Notes: generated by a model not told the origin, from the sequence alone. A stretch of DNA of 64,000 nucleotides from Eledone cirrhosa (GCA_964016885.1 OZ024743.1:5270001-5334000); one strand, 5' to 3'; positions 25,958-40,699 are shown, counted from the first letter of the stretch. Program-made: numbers and translations.

Positions 25958-26372
25958 TGTAACTGTAGAAACAAGGCAAACTGTCCATTAAAAGGAAATT
26001 GCCTTGTTAATAACATAGTATATTAATGTAAGTTAACACTAAGGACTCAATTTATTCATATATAGGAGCTACCTCTAACAAATTTAAGGTAAGATTTAAT
26101 ACCCACAAACATAGTTTTAAAAATGCCGCACTAGCTAATACAACATCTCTAGCTGAAATAATTAATAGTTATAGAAAGAGGAATATAGATTATGACCTGA
26201 CCTGGAGTGTGCTCAAAAGGGCCACCCTTATCAAAATAATAGATATGAATGTAGATTATGTTCCCAAGAACTTTTTGAAATAATGAAATCTAAGGATATC
26301 CTATTAAATAAGCGACAGGAATTAATAATATCGTGTAATCATAAACTGAGAAAAACCTTTAAGATATTATAA
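25958..26372 (+). pseudogene. Penelope-like element GIY-YIG endonuclease remnant
   Basis: CNCRNKANCPLKGNCLVNNIVY*...YIGATSNKFKVRFNTHKHSF...LTWSVL...CRLCSQE...LLNKRQELIISCNH, with a stop and frameshifts; missed by the ORF track. Confidence 0.88.
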
Positions 26373-27533
26373 ACCTAATTAATATACACTTTAGAAATTA
26401 ATATATAAAACTTTTTTAATTTAGTTAACTTATAATTAATATTCTACTACTGATGAATTACATAACTTCTGCTTTAAATATTATAAACCTAATTAATATA
26501 CACTTTAGAAATTAATATATAAACTATTTTTAATTTAGTTAACCTATAATTAATATTCTACTACTGATGAACTACATAATTTTGCTTTCCTTCTTACAAC
26601 TATCATTTCCTAAAACTGATACCATTAAGTAAAACATATATAATGCTTTAACTTCAGGTTATGACTCTATGTTCCTTGAAAAACTATATATATTTATTAT
26701 TTCTCACTAAAAAATGTAATCCCCCCCCCCCCAATAATTATATGTATATGTAAGTGTGTATGTGTGTGTATGTATATATGTATGTATGTATATATGCATG
26801 TATATATATATATGTATATATATATGTGTATATATGTATATATATATGTGTGTATGTGTGTGTGTGTATGTGTATATATATGTATATATATATATTATTT
26901 TTATATTCTTTTAATTTCCCCTCATCTTTAACAGCACTTTTCAACTGCATCTAACTCTTATTTATCATATCTATATGTATTAGTATAATTTTATCAATAT
27001 AAATATACCCATCAATTAAATTAATTTATATTCTTTTCATAGATGTATTTTTTTCTACTAAAATTCTTATCGTAAAACTTTAGTCACCTTAGATATTTGT
27101 ATTGGCATTACTATTTTTATAACAGCAACTGCTTGTATACCTTTTACTGACCACCTGACCTATTTTCACCCCTAAAATAAGCTTCAATTACTACCTATTT
27201 TACCATTTGGCCAATTACTAACTTTTTATTGGTTAATTCTAAACATCTTACCAAACAGACAGAATATATTAGATCTTTGTTGGTTTTATTCAATGAACAA
27301 ATAAAATTATTTCTGAGGTCAGCATAAGACCTATTTCTTCCCTAAAATAATCCTTCATTCATAATATTCTTTTCCATCCAAAACTGAAATCTACCTTCCT
27401 CTACCCATAATTTAAGGTTCTTCTACTACTATATTACTATCTTGACCCTCACTATCTCTCTATTGGTCAATTCAAAACCTGTTCCCAAACAGACCTATTG
27501 TATTGAATCTTTGTTTTTTTCAATAAACAAATA

Positions 27534-27675
27534 TCATTATTTCTGAAGACAGTATATATATGTGTAGGTATGTATATTCCCTCTGATAGTTTGTATAAAT
27601 ATTGTACATAGATCTATAGAATATGCATACCAACTCTAACACATATCTATCCTAGAAACGATCGTAAAATGATGA
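27534..27675 (+). ncRNA. Type I hammerhead with ~105-nt stem II at the 3' end of the PLE
   Basis: tcattattt-CTGAAGA-...-GAAAC-gatc-GTA-aaatgatga (9-bp stem I); stem II includes GGTATGTATATTC / GAATATGCATACC. Confidence 0.8.
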
Positions 27676-27864
27676 ATTTTTTTAATATAAGGAACTGTTT
27701 CTTTGTTTATTCATTGTTTTATTAATTTATCTTGACTCTGTTTTCCGTTTATTTTTCACCAAAAGTAGTTTTTGAATGCATCTTCTCTTTTCATGATATC
27801 CGGATTACATTGAGTTCTTCATACGGATTGGACACTACCGTACATTTTGGTAGATTTATCTCTC

Positions 27865-27967
<103 letters not shown>

Positions 27968-27994
27968 TGAAGACAGCGAGCGAAGTTTGAAATT

Positions 27995-28332
27995 TAGCAG
28001 AAATAGCTTTCGCCGTATTTTTGACTGCAGAAATTTAGCCTGATAGTGGGGTTTAAAACCATCTAAAATGGAAAATGATGAGTATTGACGTACAAGGGAG
28101 TCGAACCCACATCTCTGGTTATCCAGGACCACTGTGCCACCATTACACCAATACATCACCCATCCCTTTCCATAACAAACGCTTGCTTTGTCGTTATACT
28201 TGCTATGTATATAGCTTCAAATTTGAATTGCTCATCAATACTCATCTTTCTCCATTTTAGGGAGTTTTAAACCCCACTATCAGGCCTAAATTTCTTTAGT
28301 GAAAAATACGGCGAAAGCTTCTATTTCTACTA
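27995..28332. repeat. Inverted repeat (~95-bp arms) enclosing a tRNA-like sequence, within (TA)n
   Basis: 27995-28088 vs 28235-28332. Confidence 0.85.
28086..28158 (-). tRNA. tRNA-like sequence or pseudo-tRNA (anticodon unclear)
   Basis: 73 nt; acceptor stem pairs, A-box TGGTGTAATGG, B-box GGTTCGACTCC; irregular anticodon loop and a T-stem mismatch. Confidence 0.55.
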
Positions 28333-28375
28333 TATATATATATATACTATATACTATATATATATATATATATAT

Positions 28376-28543
28376 ATAGGAACGAGTAGCACCCCGACGG
28401 CTGAGCTCAAGCCGTTTCGACGGCTAATTCTGGACTGCTCAGCCGTCGGGGTCCTACTCGTTCCTATTACCCACTCTACTACCCTAAGTATTGAGTACTT
28501 TGGTGCGTTATGGTCCACCTGGTTCCTTACCACATTTCCTCCG

Positions 28544-28546
<3 letters not shown>
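28376..28546 (+). mobile_element. Fold-back PLE-like terminal fragment (family D)
   Basis: Hairpin at 28376-28467 plus a tail shared with 31278-31475; in (TA)n. Confidence 0.7.
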
Positions 28547-28609
<63 letters not shown>

Positions 28610-28685
28610 ATGTGTGTGTGTGTGTGTGTAGATATATATATAATATATATATATATTATATGTGCTATGTGTGTATATATATATG

Positions 28686-28721
<36 letters not shown>

Positions 28722-28841
28722 TATTTTTTTTTTATTGTTAAGGCCAGTACAACGAAGACTGGCGCTGGGTGAAAAGTTGCTTCTCCTAACCAACGAAACA
28801 TAACTTCCTAATATGACTTCGTTGTAGTACTGACCTTAACA

Positions 28842-29016
28842 ATAATTGTTTCTACTTTAGGCACAAGGCCAGCAATTACCCAGTGCATTACTGGCACTTT
28901 ATTTTATCGACCTCGTAAGGATGAAAGGCAAAGTCAACCTCGGCGGGATTTGAACTCAGACTGTAAAGGGACGTAACTATGCTAGAAAGCATGGCGTCCA
29001 ACCCTCTACCGATACT
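28842..29016 (-). mobile_element. SINE family A
   Basis: Matches other copies. Confidence 0.9.
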
Positions 29017-30072
29017 CAAACTATATATATGAAGCGAAGTCTATATGTTGTGGAAGAAATGACGAACACGGCTAGTATCAATAATTTGGATTAATATATA
29101 GCTTTATTTCAACCTCAAAAAAAGGGAAAATACAATCGTTAATTATAGTGTTCAAAAATGACTATAGTGTTCAATAAGGCTTCTGTTTTGGTGTGAGAAG
29201 TCTCTTTATTTATTTTGAGATGTTCCCTTAAAGAATGACAAGTTTAGTGATTGTGTTATCACAGCAATAGTTGTAGTAGTAAATGGTAAGTAGCAAGCTG
29301 TGTTGTAATGCAAGTGATGTGACTGAGAATGCCTCCTGGCTAGGGTAAAATGACAGCGTGTCCGTAATGGTCACTAGATACTTTACTGAAATCAGATGGC
29401 CTCAAAACGTGTTCACCTTTCGTACAATTGGTGTCGCAAGTCCTTCCACAAGGGAAATGTGTCTATTGTCTTCCTTGCGAGGTCACAGATCACTCCTTTG
29501 ATGGTCGTGGCCACAAGGAAAAAACACCATGGGACAATATTTCTTTCGCTACATTAGATCCCCGCCCAGATCGATACGGGAGTTGCGATTGATAATTGAA
29601 AAGATAGCGAAAGAAAGAACCAATGGCCTCAGATAGAAAACTCCTCATACCTTACCTTGTAGAAAGAAAAAGAAAGATCGACAAATGATAGATTTGATGA
29701 GGAATATTACTCGAAATAGTAGACAAAGCGAGATGTCTTGCGCAGTCCGTCGACCAGATTTGGTTCTCTCTTGTTGGTATAGAATCATGAGTACCGTTGA
29801 ACAGAAGTACTAATGTTAGGTTAACTTAATCCGGCCATGAAGGTGCTTCCAAATACACAGTGGGCTTTTTTTTTTTAAATGTGTAAAGATGATGGCTCCT
29901 GGAACTCCGGAAAAATCCATCATTATTTCATTTCGTCTTAAGTATAAGCTTTGTACTAAAGAAATTAAATGCCATTGAAAATTAATGCTGAAGGTGGGAG
30001 AGAACATTAGATTTAAATAACAAAATAAAATAAAATAACCCCAAAAATATCTACCTAAAAGAGAATAATAAT

Positions 30073-30615
30073 AATAATTGTTTCTACTTTTGGCACAAGG
30101 CCAGCAATTACCTAGTACATTACTGGTACTTTATTTTATCGACCCCGTAAGGATGAAAGGCAAAGTTAACCTCGGCGGGATTTGAACTCAGATCGTAAAG
30201 GGACGTAACTATGCTGGAAAGCATGTCTACCGATACTGCCAATTCACAATAATAATAATTGTTTCTACGTTAGGCACAAGGCCAGCAAAATTACCCAGTG
30301 TATTACTGGTACTTTATTTTATCGACCTCGTAAGGATGAAAGACAAAGTTAACCTCGGCGGATTTGAACTCAGAATGGCAAGGGCCGTAACTCTATACGT
30401 CAAAGCATGGCGTCCGACCCTCTACCGATACTCGCCAATCCACCGCCCTCAATAATAATAATTGTTTCTATTATTGGCACAAGGCCAGCAATAATAATAA
30501 TGATTTCTGATTTAAGCACAAGGACTTAAATTTGGGGGAGCGAAAAGTTGATTAAATCGACCCTAGTGCATCACTGGTACTTTATTTTATCGACCCTGTA
30601 AGGATGAAAGGCAAA
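30073..30615 (-). mobile_element. Head-to-tail array of 3-4 SINE A copies separated by (AAT)n
   Basis: Copies at about 30073-30245, 30255-30450, 30460-30492 and 30500-30615. Confidence 0.85.
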
Positions 30616-30954
30616 CACAAAACATTGTCCAACGCTCAACCGACACTACCAACTCAACGAATAATGTATACATATATATATATGTATATTTATATACATA
30701 TTTACACCACACACATACACACACATATATATATATATGTTTCTACTTTTGGCACAAGGCCAGCAATCACCCATTTATATGTGTGTGTGTGTGTGTGTTT
30801 ACATACATACATACACACACACATATATATATACGTATATATGTGTATATATATATATATGGTAACATGTATCCCAGTACAACCTGTCTCATGGTCGGGT
30901 CGTTGGCGACTAAACTGGCAACCCCACCAAGGTTTCTTGGTGAGGAGGGTGACT

Positions 30955-31154
30955 NNNNNNNNNNNNNNNNNNNNNNNNNNNNNNNNNNNNNNNNNNNNNN
31001 NNNNNNNNNNNNNNNNNNNNNNNNNNNNNNNNNNNNNNNNNNNNNNNNNNNNNNNNNNNNNNNNNNNNNNNNNNNNNNNNNNNNNNNNNNNNNNNNNNNN
31101 NNNNNNNNNNNNNNNNNNNNNNNNNNNNNNNNNNNNNNNNNNNNNNNNNNNNNN
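30955..31154. other. Assembly gap (200 N)
   Basis: Run of n. Confidence 1.
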
Positions 31155-31164
31155 CTCTCGCCCT

Positions 31165-31227
<63 letters not shown>

Positions 31228-31243
31228 CTCTCTCTCCCTCTCC

Positions 31244-31277
<34 letters not shown>

Positions 31278-31280
<3 letters not shown>

Positions 31281-31472
31281 GGGAAAAGTATGACCCCGAC
31301 GGCAGAGCTCAAGCCGTTTCGACGGCTATTTCTCTAGTCCAGAAATAGCCGTCGAAACGGCTTGAGCTCTGCCGTCGGGGTCATACTTTTTCCTATTTCC
31401 CACTCTACTACCCTAAGTATTGAGTACTTTGGTGCGTTATGGTCCATCTGGTTCCTTACCACATTTCCTTTG

Positions 31473-31475
<3 letters not shown>
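31278..31475 (+). mobile_element. Fold-back PLE-like terminal fragment (family D) with the 3' half of an HHR
   Basis: Near-perfect hairpin at 31278-31396; GAAACGGC-ttgagctct-GCCGT-C-gggg is GAAA / stem III / GUC. Confidence 0.7.
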
Positions 31476-31567
<92 letters not shown>

Positions 31568-32127
31568 AGACTGTCTGTTCGTCTGCCTGTCTATCTATCT
31601 GTCTGCCTGTCTATCTATCTGTCTGCCTGTCTATCTATCTGTCTGCCTGTCTATCTATCTGCTAATACCCGTTTAACCTTTAACACTCTATTATACCAAT
31701 TCTTTCTCTATACATTTACACAATGCTAAAGCGATAGGGCTGTGTGTGCTCGCGCGCACGTGTATGTGTGTGTATGTGTGTGTGTGTGTGTGTGAGTGTG
31801 CGTATGCTTAAGTCTACATATACATATATATGCGCATATGTGTCTAGTGTAGAGGTAATACGAGAAACGGAGGTCTGTTAGCGTATAAATGTGTATATAT
31901 GAGTTTAGTGGCCACCTCCCTTTTTTTATTCACAAGACCCTCATATTTTTATAGCAGAACATTTAACCCTCATTTTCCTGAATTTTGTCTACTTGCCATT
32001 GTCTAACCTACCTTTCCACCCTGTCATCTTCATAACGAGCGGTGTTATGAATTCAGTGCTGACAGTGTTGAAAATGTTGATGGCTCTTAATAACAGCAAT
32101 TTTTTTTTCTAACGATATGGACGCAGA

Positions 32128-32450
32128 CATGCCCGGGCGGTTAAGAGGTTCACATCGCAATCATGAGTTCCTGGGTTCGATCCTCTCATTTGACATCTTC
32201 GGCAAGTGTCTTTACCTTAGTTTCGGGTCGACCCAAGCCCAGTGAATGTAATTGGAGTGACGGGAACTATGTAGAAAGAAACCCATCATCGAATGGATGT
32301 TTCCTGTAATTCACAGGTCCCAACATTGTCACATATCGCGTCACAATGATTTGACGAGGAAATTACCTTAAGGGTACATGCATCTGTGGAATACTCAACT
32401 GCTGCATGTTAAATCACGAGTTGCATGCTCATCGTCGAAACCGACGGAAG
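32128..32450 (+). mobile_element. SINE family B, diverged
   Basis: tRNA-like head with GGTTCGATCC; body similar to 62764-63035. Confidence 0.6.
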
Positions 32451-32559
32451 ATCTATGATTAAAATAACAGTGGTGATTGTGATGTTCTTTAATCCTAGGT
32501 CTCTGATTAAACAGATCTATGATCAGATGTGTTCCAGCCATGACCATTACGTCTTATAA

Positions 32560-32741
32560 TAATTGTTTCTACTTTTGGCACAAGGCCAGCAATTATCCCA
32601 GTGTATTACTGGTACTTTATTTTATCGACCCCGTATGGATGAAAAGCAAAGTTAACCACGGCAGAATTTGAACTTAGCCCGTAAAGGGCCGTAACTTTAT
32701 GCTGCAAAGCATGGCGTCCGACCCTCTATCGATATTGCCAA
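32560..32741 (-). mobile_element. SINE family A
   Basis: Matches other copies. Confidence 0.88.
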
Positions 32742-33339
32742 TAGGATTACATTTGCCGATATGTTTTCACTTTGTTAAGCGATTACTTGAAGTTGTGAGT
32801 TCTACTATAGTTGCGATTTGAATAAACAATAAATCTTGTGAGTGCAATTTGACAAATCGAAACTGTGCAGAAGCACGTTATATATATGCACGTGTACATG
32901 TGTGGGGTGGGGGGGGGAAGTTGTTGTTGTTGTTGTTGTGTGTGTGTGTGTGTTGGACCATTCTTGATTCCGAAGATGAAGCCATACGTCTTCATGCCTT
33001 CTTAAATACATAACGGCTGCATCTTAGTTTCGAGAATTGCCACCCCTTGACCATTTTCTCATAGATGGAAGGCACGAATATGATCTAATAGCCCCTCCAA
33101 GGAACCAGATCCCTTTCTCTATATGCTGGAGCCAATGAAAAAAGAAAAGGTCGTGCTCATGCAACACACATGAAATTAGTTTAGATCAAGTGTTGCTTTT
33201 TTAAATGAAGAAAGTCCTTGAACTGGGGTAATCCTACCCTCTGAACAACGGTGGGTGACGACGTTCTCGGTGAAACCTTCGATGTCCATGAAATCGAACT
33301 AATCATTCTGTTCCGGAGAACTTTAGAACCAGAGACTTT

Positions 33340-33620
33340 GGACGACTTGGACAACCAGTGACTTGTGAATATCCTCACTCCTAGCTGTGTAATCCTACCT
33401 GGCATCACACCTGAATAGTGAAGTTTCCACCCTCCATCCAAATCTACATTACTAGAGCCACGGAACTTTGTTGACGAAACCCAGACTATATCAAACCGGC
33501 AATATCTATCCTCCTCCAGTTACCAATTGTTAATGTTTGCTCCCTTCTAGACCCTCTTTGGGATCTCAGGATATGCAACCTTTGAGCCTCTATCACACGT
33601 CTCCCAGAACAGGTTGCAGG
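33340..33620 (-). mobile_element. LINE (RTE-like) APE endonuclease N-terminal fragment
   Basis: STKFRGSSNVDLDGGWKLHYSGV...QLGVRIF. Confidence 0.65.
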
Positions 33621-34087
33621 CCCATCGCCAGTTTCTTTTTTGGTGTTAGATGAAGACTGTAATATAGTTTTCGAATAGCACTTTCTACATAAGGCTCACA
33701 CGCATCCCCTCTTACTCCGTGCGAAGGAGGATGTAGCATAATTGTTTTAATTGAATCTAACCATACTGGAGTTTTTTGTGGTCTTATTTGCATCAGTCAC
33801 CAATTTGGCAATTTTTTCATACCAGCGAAATCTAAGTTTTTTTAATTTATTTATGTAATGCGATAATGATAAAATTTGTGCAGTTTGTTTTCAAGCAAAC
33901 TGTCACCAGTCGTCTTGTAATATTTATTCAGTAAGATCTCAGGAAGAAGAGTTAATGTATAATAAGTGCCATGCAGCAAGGCCAGTGTTAGCTGATTAGT
34001 GCCAACTCTAAATAAATCATTTTTAATAAAAGTTCCACAAGAACATCATATATATACATATATACATATACATACATATATATATAT

Positions 34088-34214
<127 letters not shown>

Positions 34215-34225
34215 CATATATATAT

Positions 34226-34963
<738 letters not shown>

Positions 34964-34979
34964 TATGTATATATATATA

Positions 34980-35556
<577 letters not shown>

Positions 35557-35687
35557 CACACACATATTTCCAAGATGGCCGACTATATATAAACATGTAT
35601 GTTTTCCTCCCCATATTTTTTCTCTTTTTCCTCGTTCCTTCCTCTCATCACTCTTTACTTTCTAGTTACCTTCTTTTTATAACTCTA

Positions 35688-35723
35688 TCTTCTGATGAAG
35701 AGCTAGTGTCCGAAACGTTAAGA
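35688..35723 (+). ncRNA. Minimal PLE-type hammerhead (family E)
   Basis: tctt-CTGATGA-Agagctagtgtc-C-GAAAC-GTT-aaga; loopless palindromic stem III AACGTT; stem II weak in this copy. Confidence 0.65.
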
Positions 35724-36330
35724 CTCTCTTCCTGCTATTTCAAGCGTTAAACTAATATATTTCTTCCATGTAATGTGTCGTTTTTTTTGTTTTGTTTTTT
35801 TGTATTTCTGTTTACTTTCTACACACACACACACACACGCGCGCGCACACACGCATATATATATACGGGATAACAAATTATTGTTATAGGTAGTCCACTT
35901 AGATGTAGTCCAGTTAGGGTACTCCGAGTAATGGATAGTATTTACACCACATAAAAATTACCATCCTCACTACAATGAAAATATTTTATCTGTCAGATAA
36001 TAAATAATTCTTACGGTCAGCTAACCTACAGTAAAGTAAATGGTCCATTGTTTCAAGCCCCAGGTTATCTCTACACTATATATAATACAGCCCATGACAG
36101 CTTTTACATGTCATTTTCATACATCTGCTTCGTATCAGCTCGTTTTACATGCTAAAGTCATCAGTATATCAGTATACTCTATGTCTTACTTAGATTGATG
36201 TTGTGATTGTAACTATTTACGGTCTAGCTAATTTATTGTAGTATTGCTAGTATTGTTAGTATTGTTATTATTGTTCTGATTTAATGCCACTACTATATAT
36301 AGAAGCCATGCCTGTGTATTCCCTTCATTC

Positions 36331-36449
36331 TCGCATGCTCTGATGAATTGACTGGTTATAACAAAGTATTGGTGATCGATTGACGCAAAAACAGGCGGGT
36401 AGCGATCACTAGACCTACCAGTTCAGAGAAACAATTGTCAGCAATGTGA
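36331..36449 (+). ncRNA. Type I hammerhead with ~80-nt stem II
   Basis: tcgcatgct-CTGATGA-Attgactggt...accagttcaga-GAAAC-aatt-GTC-agcaatgtga; inner stem GGTGATCG / CGATCACT. Confidence 0.82.
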
Positions 36450-36507
36450 TTAAAGTATGATTATTGTATGGTTATTGTATGGCAAACCGTGTCACTCTTC
36501 TTTCTTG

Positions 36508-36639
<132 letters not shown>

Positions 36640-36929
36640 TCATGTTTGTGTTGAACTACTATTATTGGCTGTCTTCTCGGATATACACGATATGACTAAC
36701 ATCATGCATTTTATAATTAATTCATCATCATCATTGACATCATCATTAACCATCATTGTTATTATCACCGATTTCACTACCCTCTCCAAAATTCACAACA
36801 TATCGCAGGTCAACATTGAATCAACTGAAAATCAAAAATCAAATTGCATGTTATTTCCATTTTATTGATCTTGTTAGAAAATAAAACAGAAAAAAAACGT
36901 AAGAAAGAAAGAAGGAAAGAAAGAAAGAC

Positions 36930-36963
<34 letters not shown>

Positions 36964-36964
36964 C

Positions 36965-37023
<59 letters not shown>

Positions 37024-37589
37024 GAAGAAAGAAAGGTAGAAAGGAAGCTGAAAATGCCATCCATCTGTCCATTCAAGTGAATGGAAGTCATTTGAGTAAA
37101 GTTAGTTTTTTTTTTTTTAATAAATAAAACATGCAGTTGGGAAATGGCCGTATAACCTACAGTATGCTCTAGGTGCCTTATGCCGCCAATAGAGTTATCT
37201 CCCCTTAATACATAATGCAGTGCCAAGGGAAGTAATTCATAAAAAATTCAGCGTGCTAAAGAATAATGAAACATTCTAGTTTTGACCACATCAATACCAT
37301 ATTTATTATTGCTTCTTGCTCGGAATCTTCAAAATATATTTATTTATAGTTACAACTATTTAATAATATTAACAATAACAAAATCACAACCGCAACAGCA
37401 ACAACAAGAGTAATAGCACTTCCAACAAGGGAGAAAGTTAAGAGGAAAGACATTGTAAGTATTAGATAGAGAATATTTACAGAATACTCCTTCTTATGTA
37501 TGTTATATATAAACGGGCATCAGTAGATTGCCAGTTCAATGTTAACCACTATATTATATTATAATATACCTACCTACATACATATATAA

Positions 37590-37664
<75 letters not shown>

Positions 37665-37846
37665 GAAGTTATATTTATTTTGTCGGGATACAACAAGCAA
37701 ATATTTTTATAACTGATATAAAGCACTCAACAAAATCTTTGGAGTAAAAATACAATATATTAACAAATGGGAGCTTCCAACAGACATGGTCGCATTCTTT
37801 TAAGGGTATGTCAATATTTGTTTATAAAACTGATCTATATTATATT

Positions 37847-37900
37847 TTATCTGATGAAAGCGCACCATAATTTGCTTTGGTGTCCTTGAAATATGTATAA
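37847..37900 (+). ncRNA. Degenerate hammerhead
   Basis: CTGATGA-aag.gcacca...tggtg.cctt-GAAAT-at-GTA-taa; stem I register off by one. Confidence 0.45.
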
Positions 37901-37946
37901 TGAAAAAATATGGTTTTATAAATATAGTTTCTATTTGTTAATATAT

Positions 37947-38001
<55 letters not shown>

Positions 38002-38908
38002 CTCTCTCTCTCTATATATATATATGTGTGTGTGTGTGTGCATGCGTGTGTGTGTGTATTTTATCTTATGTATGTGTATCAGTACATCGACGTCTCTATT
38101 TATTTAAAGTATGTGGATAGTTATATATGTGTATTTGTGTATACATGTCTGTATACATGTCTGTATACATGTCTGTATACATGTCTGTATACATGTCTGT
38201 ATACATGGAAGTAGTGGATTTTTATGTACGTGTTTTTTACCATTGCTTTAGTGACCCAAGTCTGTGAATTAAATCGGGTAGACTGACACTGTGTGGAAGC
38301 CCTTTGCATGTACTGTGAAAATCGTCCTAGAAACTGACGGAGGATCCACCAAGAATTTATGTGAATTACTGTTATATAATAGTTTCTAATTTAGGCCAAA
38401 AGACCAGCATTTGGCTGCGGGGTGGGGGGGGGGAGGGGGGCGATTTTATTAACTCCACTATTTGACTGGCTTTTTATTTTATCTACCTAGGAATGATGGA
38501 AGATAAAGGTTACCTCGATTGGATTACCCAGACTGTAAAGGGATGTAACAAAACACCGCAAAGCATTTTACTCGATGCTCTAACGATTTGGCCTACCCAC
38601 TGTCCTTGGAACAGTTAGATAATGCTAGAAGAGTATGTTAGAGGTTAAAAGTAGGCGTAAAGGGAAAATAAAACAAAAATCTGGCAACACAAAGAAAATA
38701 CACTCGGTTCTTTATTTGTTAATGTTATATTTTCACTGTTGGTTAATAATATAATAGGAAGCTGGCGTTATTGATTACTGTCGAACAAACTCTGAAATAG
38801 GAATTGCCGAACAAAAGCATAAATAAATTTATCTGTAATCAATATTATAATGTTTAGAAGATGAATAAACGTGAATAGGTGAAAACAGCTAAGCACATAT
38901 CCGTTCTT

Positions 38909-38953
<45 letters not shown>

Positions 38954-39002
38954 CATACATACATATATGTTTATATATATATCTATCTATCTATCTATCT
39001 AT

Positions 39003-39660
39003 CTCTGTCCGAGGTGCGTGCGAGACGAAGAAACCGTCGCGCACGCATTCATACACTGCCCGGGCGTCACTGACCTGTGGGGCTATGTAGAACGACTATT
39101 GTCGCGGGTGGGACCAATCCAGTTGACCACCGAGTCCATTGTCATGATCAAACCGCCACCCTCCTTCAAAAACGAAGGAGAGGCGGTTTTCCTTTGTGTG
39201 ATAGCTATGGCGAAAGAGGTTGTATGGTGGACAAGGTTGAAAGGGCTGAGGTCAGACACCTTTCTCTCCGGCCAACAACTGATTCTTTTTTTCAAATACC
39301 ACTTTGGAAGAAGAATCAGGATGGAGAGAGAGGTGCTGTACCCCAGCAAGTTTTATGAAAGGTGGGTGAAAGTGGCGAGAATGGCCCGAGTGAATGGGCC
39401 TTCTCTCTATATCAGCCTGTAGGTTGAGGAAAAGGAGGAGGAGAGGAAAGGAGTACAAGCTCTTCGTACTCCTGGAGATGAGGGTTGCACATTATTTTCG
39501 GGGGTCTGTGTTACCCATATAAACTGTCTCCCTCTATTGGGGAAAATCGACTAACTTTTAAATTCCATCTGTGATAACATTTTACACGTTTTTATTGTAT
39601 GTAAACTTCCCCCTTTGTATTTGTCCCCTTCTTTTGTGCCCCTGTGGCTAATAAAGAAAT
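39003..39660 (+). mobile_element. Tx1/L1-clade LINE 3' end inserted in (TATC)n
   Basis: CPRCVRDEETVAHAFIHCP knuckle, AKEVVWWTR; 3' UTR with AATAAA near 39650; (TATC)n on both sides. Confidence 0.85.
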
Positions 39661-39661
39661 A

Positions 39662-39802
<141 letters not shown>

Positions 39803-40699
39803 CTTGCTTCTCTAATTCATTAGCAATTCCAACTCTAGTCTATTCCATGGCTGTAGACTAGCAATATAAATACTCCAATCTCTTTCTATTTTTTAAACGT
39901 TGTTTTCCCGTCCCAGTCATTGCCTAGAGAACTGAAACCCTTATTGACTCACAATTTTTATTTTACAAGAAAAATATAATCTACGTATCAAATAATGTTA
40001 AGGCTCTTTTTAAAGCCTAAGTTGTTCACATTTGTATACCTATCGCGATGGCTTACACATTCTACTAATGTTTAATTTAGAAGAGCAGTACGCCCTGACC
40101 CTTTAAAGACTGGTGGGAGGAAGTTATCTTCACATTGGAGACCAGACATGAATGTTTGCAACTGGGAGAAATCCACTAAGACTGTGAATTAGAACAGGAG
40201 ATAATTTCTTATATATCTTTATATCCATACTAGTTATTGGTTAAATGATTAGTAATTGTTTTAGTGTCTTAAACCGAACACTTTTTATCTTGTTCTTGAT
40301 ATTTACGTTATTTACACTGTATATTAGCCAGCTAACGTATAAAGTTTTAGTTAGGTTCGTGATTATAATGACAAGCGAGACTGAAATTTCAGGTGGTGAT
40401 AGAAATATAAAAATGGGATGGAGCTCTGTCGGTTTCAACGGTGGTTATTCCGGTTGTTAGATCAAAGGAACTGCCACTTCGTGAAATTAACTTGCAGGTG
40501 GTAGAAGCATTCCACAAATATGTGAATGCAACATAATCCTCTTGGATATTCAGTGTTACACAATGCTTGATCATCAGATAAAAGGATAAATATCCCATAA
40601 CTCCTTGTGGAGTCGTAGAGGCACCGTCAAACGGCGTATCTAGGGCACTTTTAAACCTGACGGAGTCCAACCCTCTCCGGGTCTGAACACAGCCGATCT

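Noticed and set aside
29045-30010. Unique-looking ~1-kb segment as a gene or LTR element
   Set aside because: The minus-strand frame I translated has stops and no recognisable motif, the ORF track shows nothing substantial, and no paired LTR was found.
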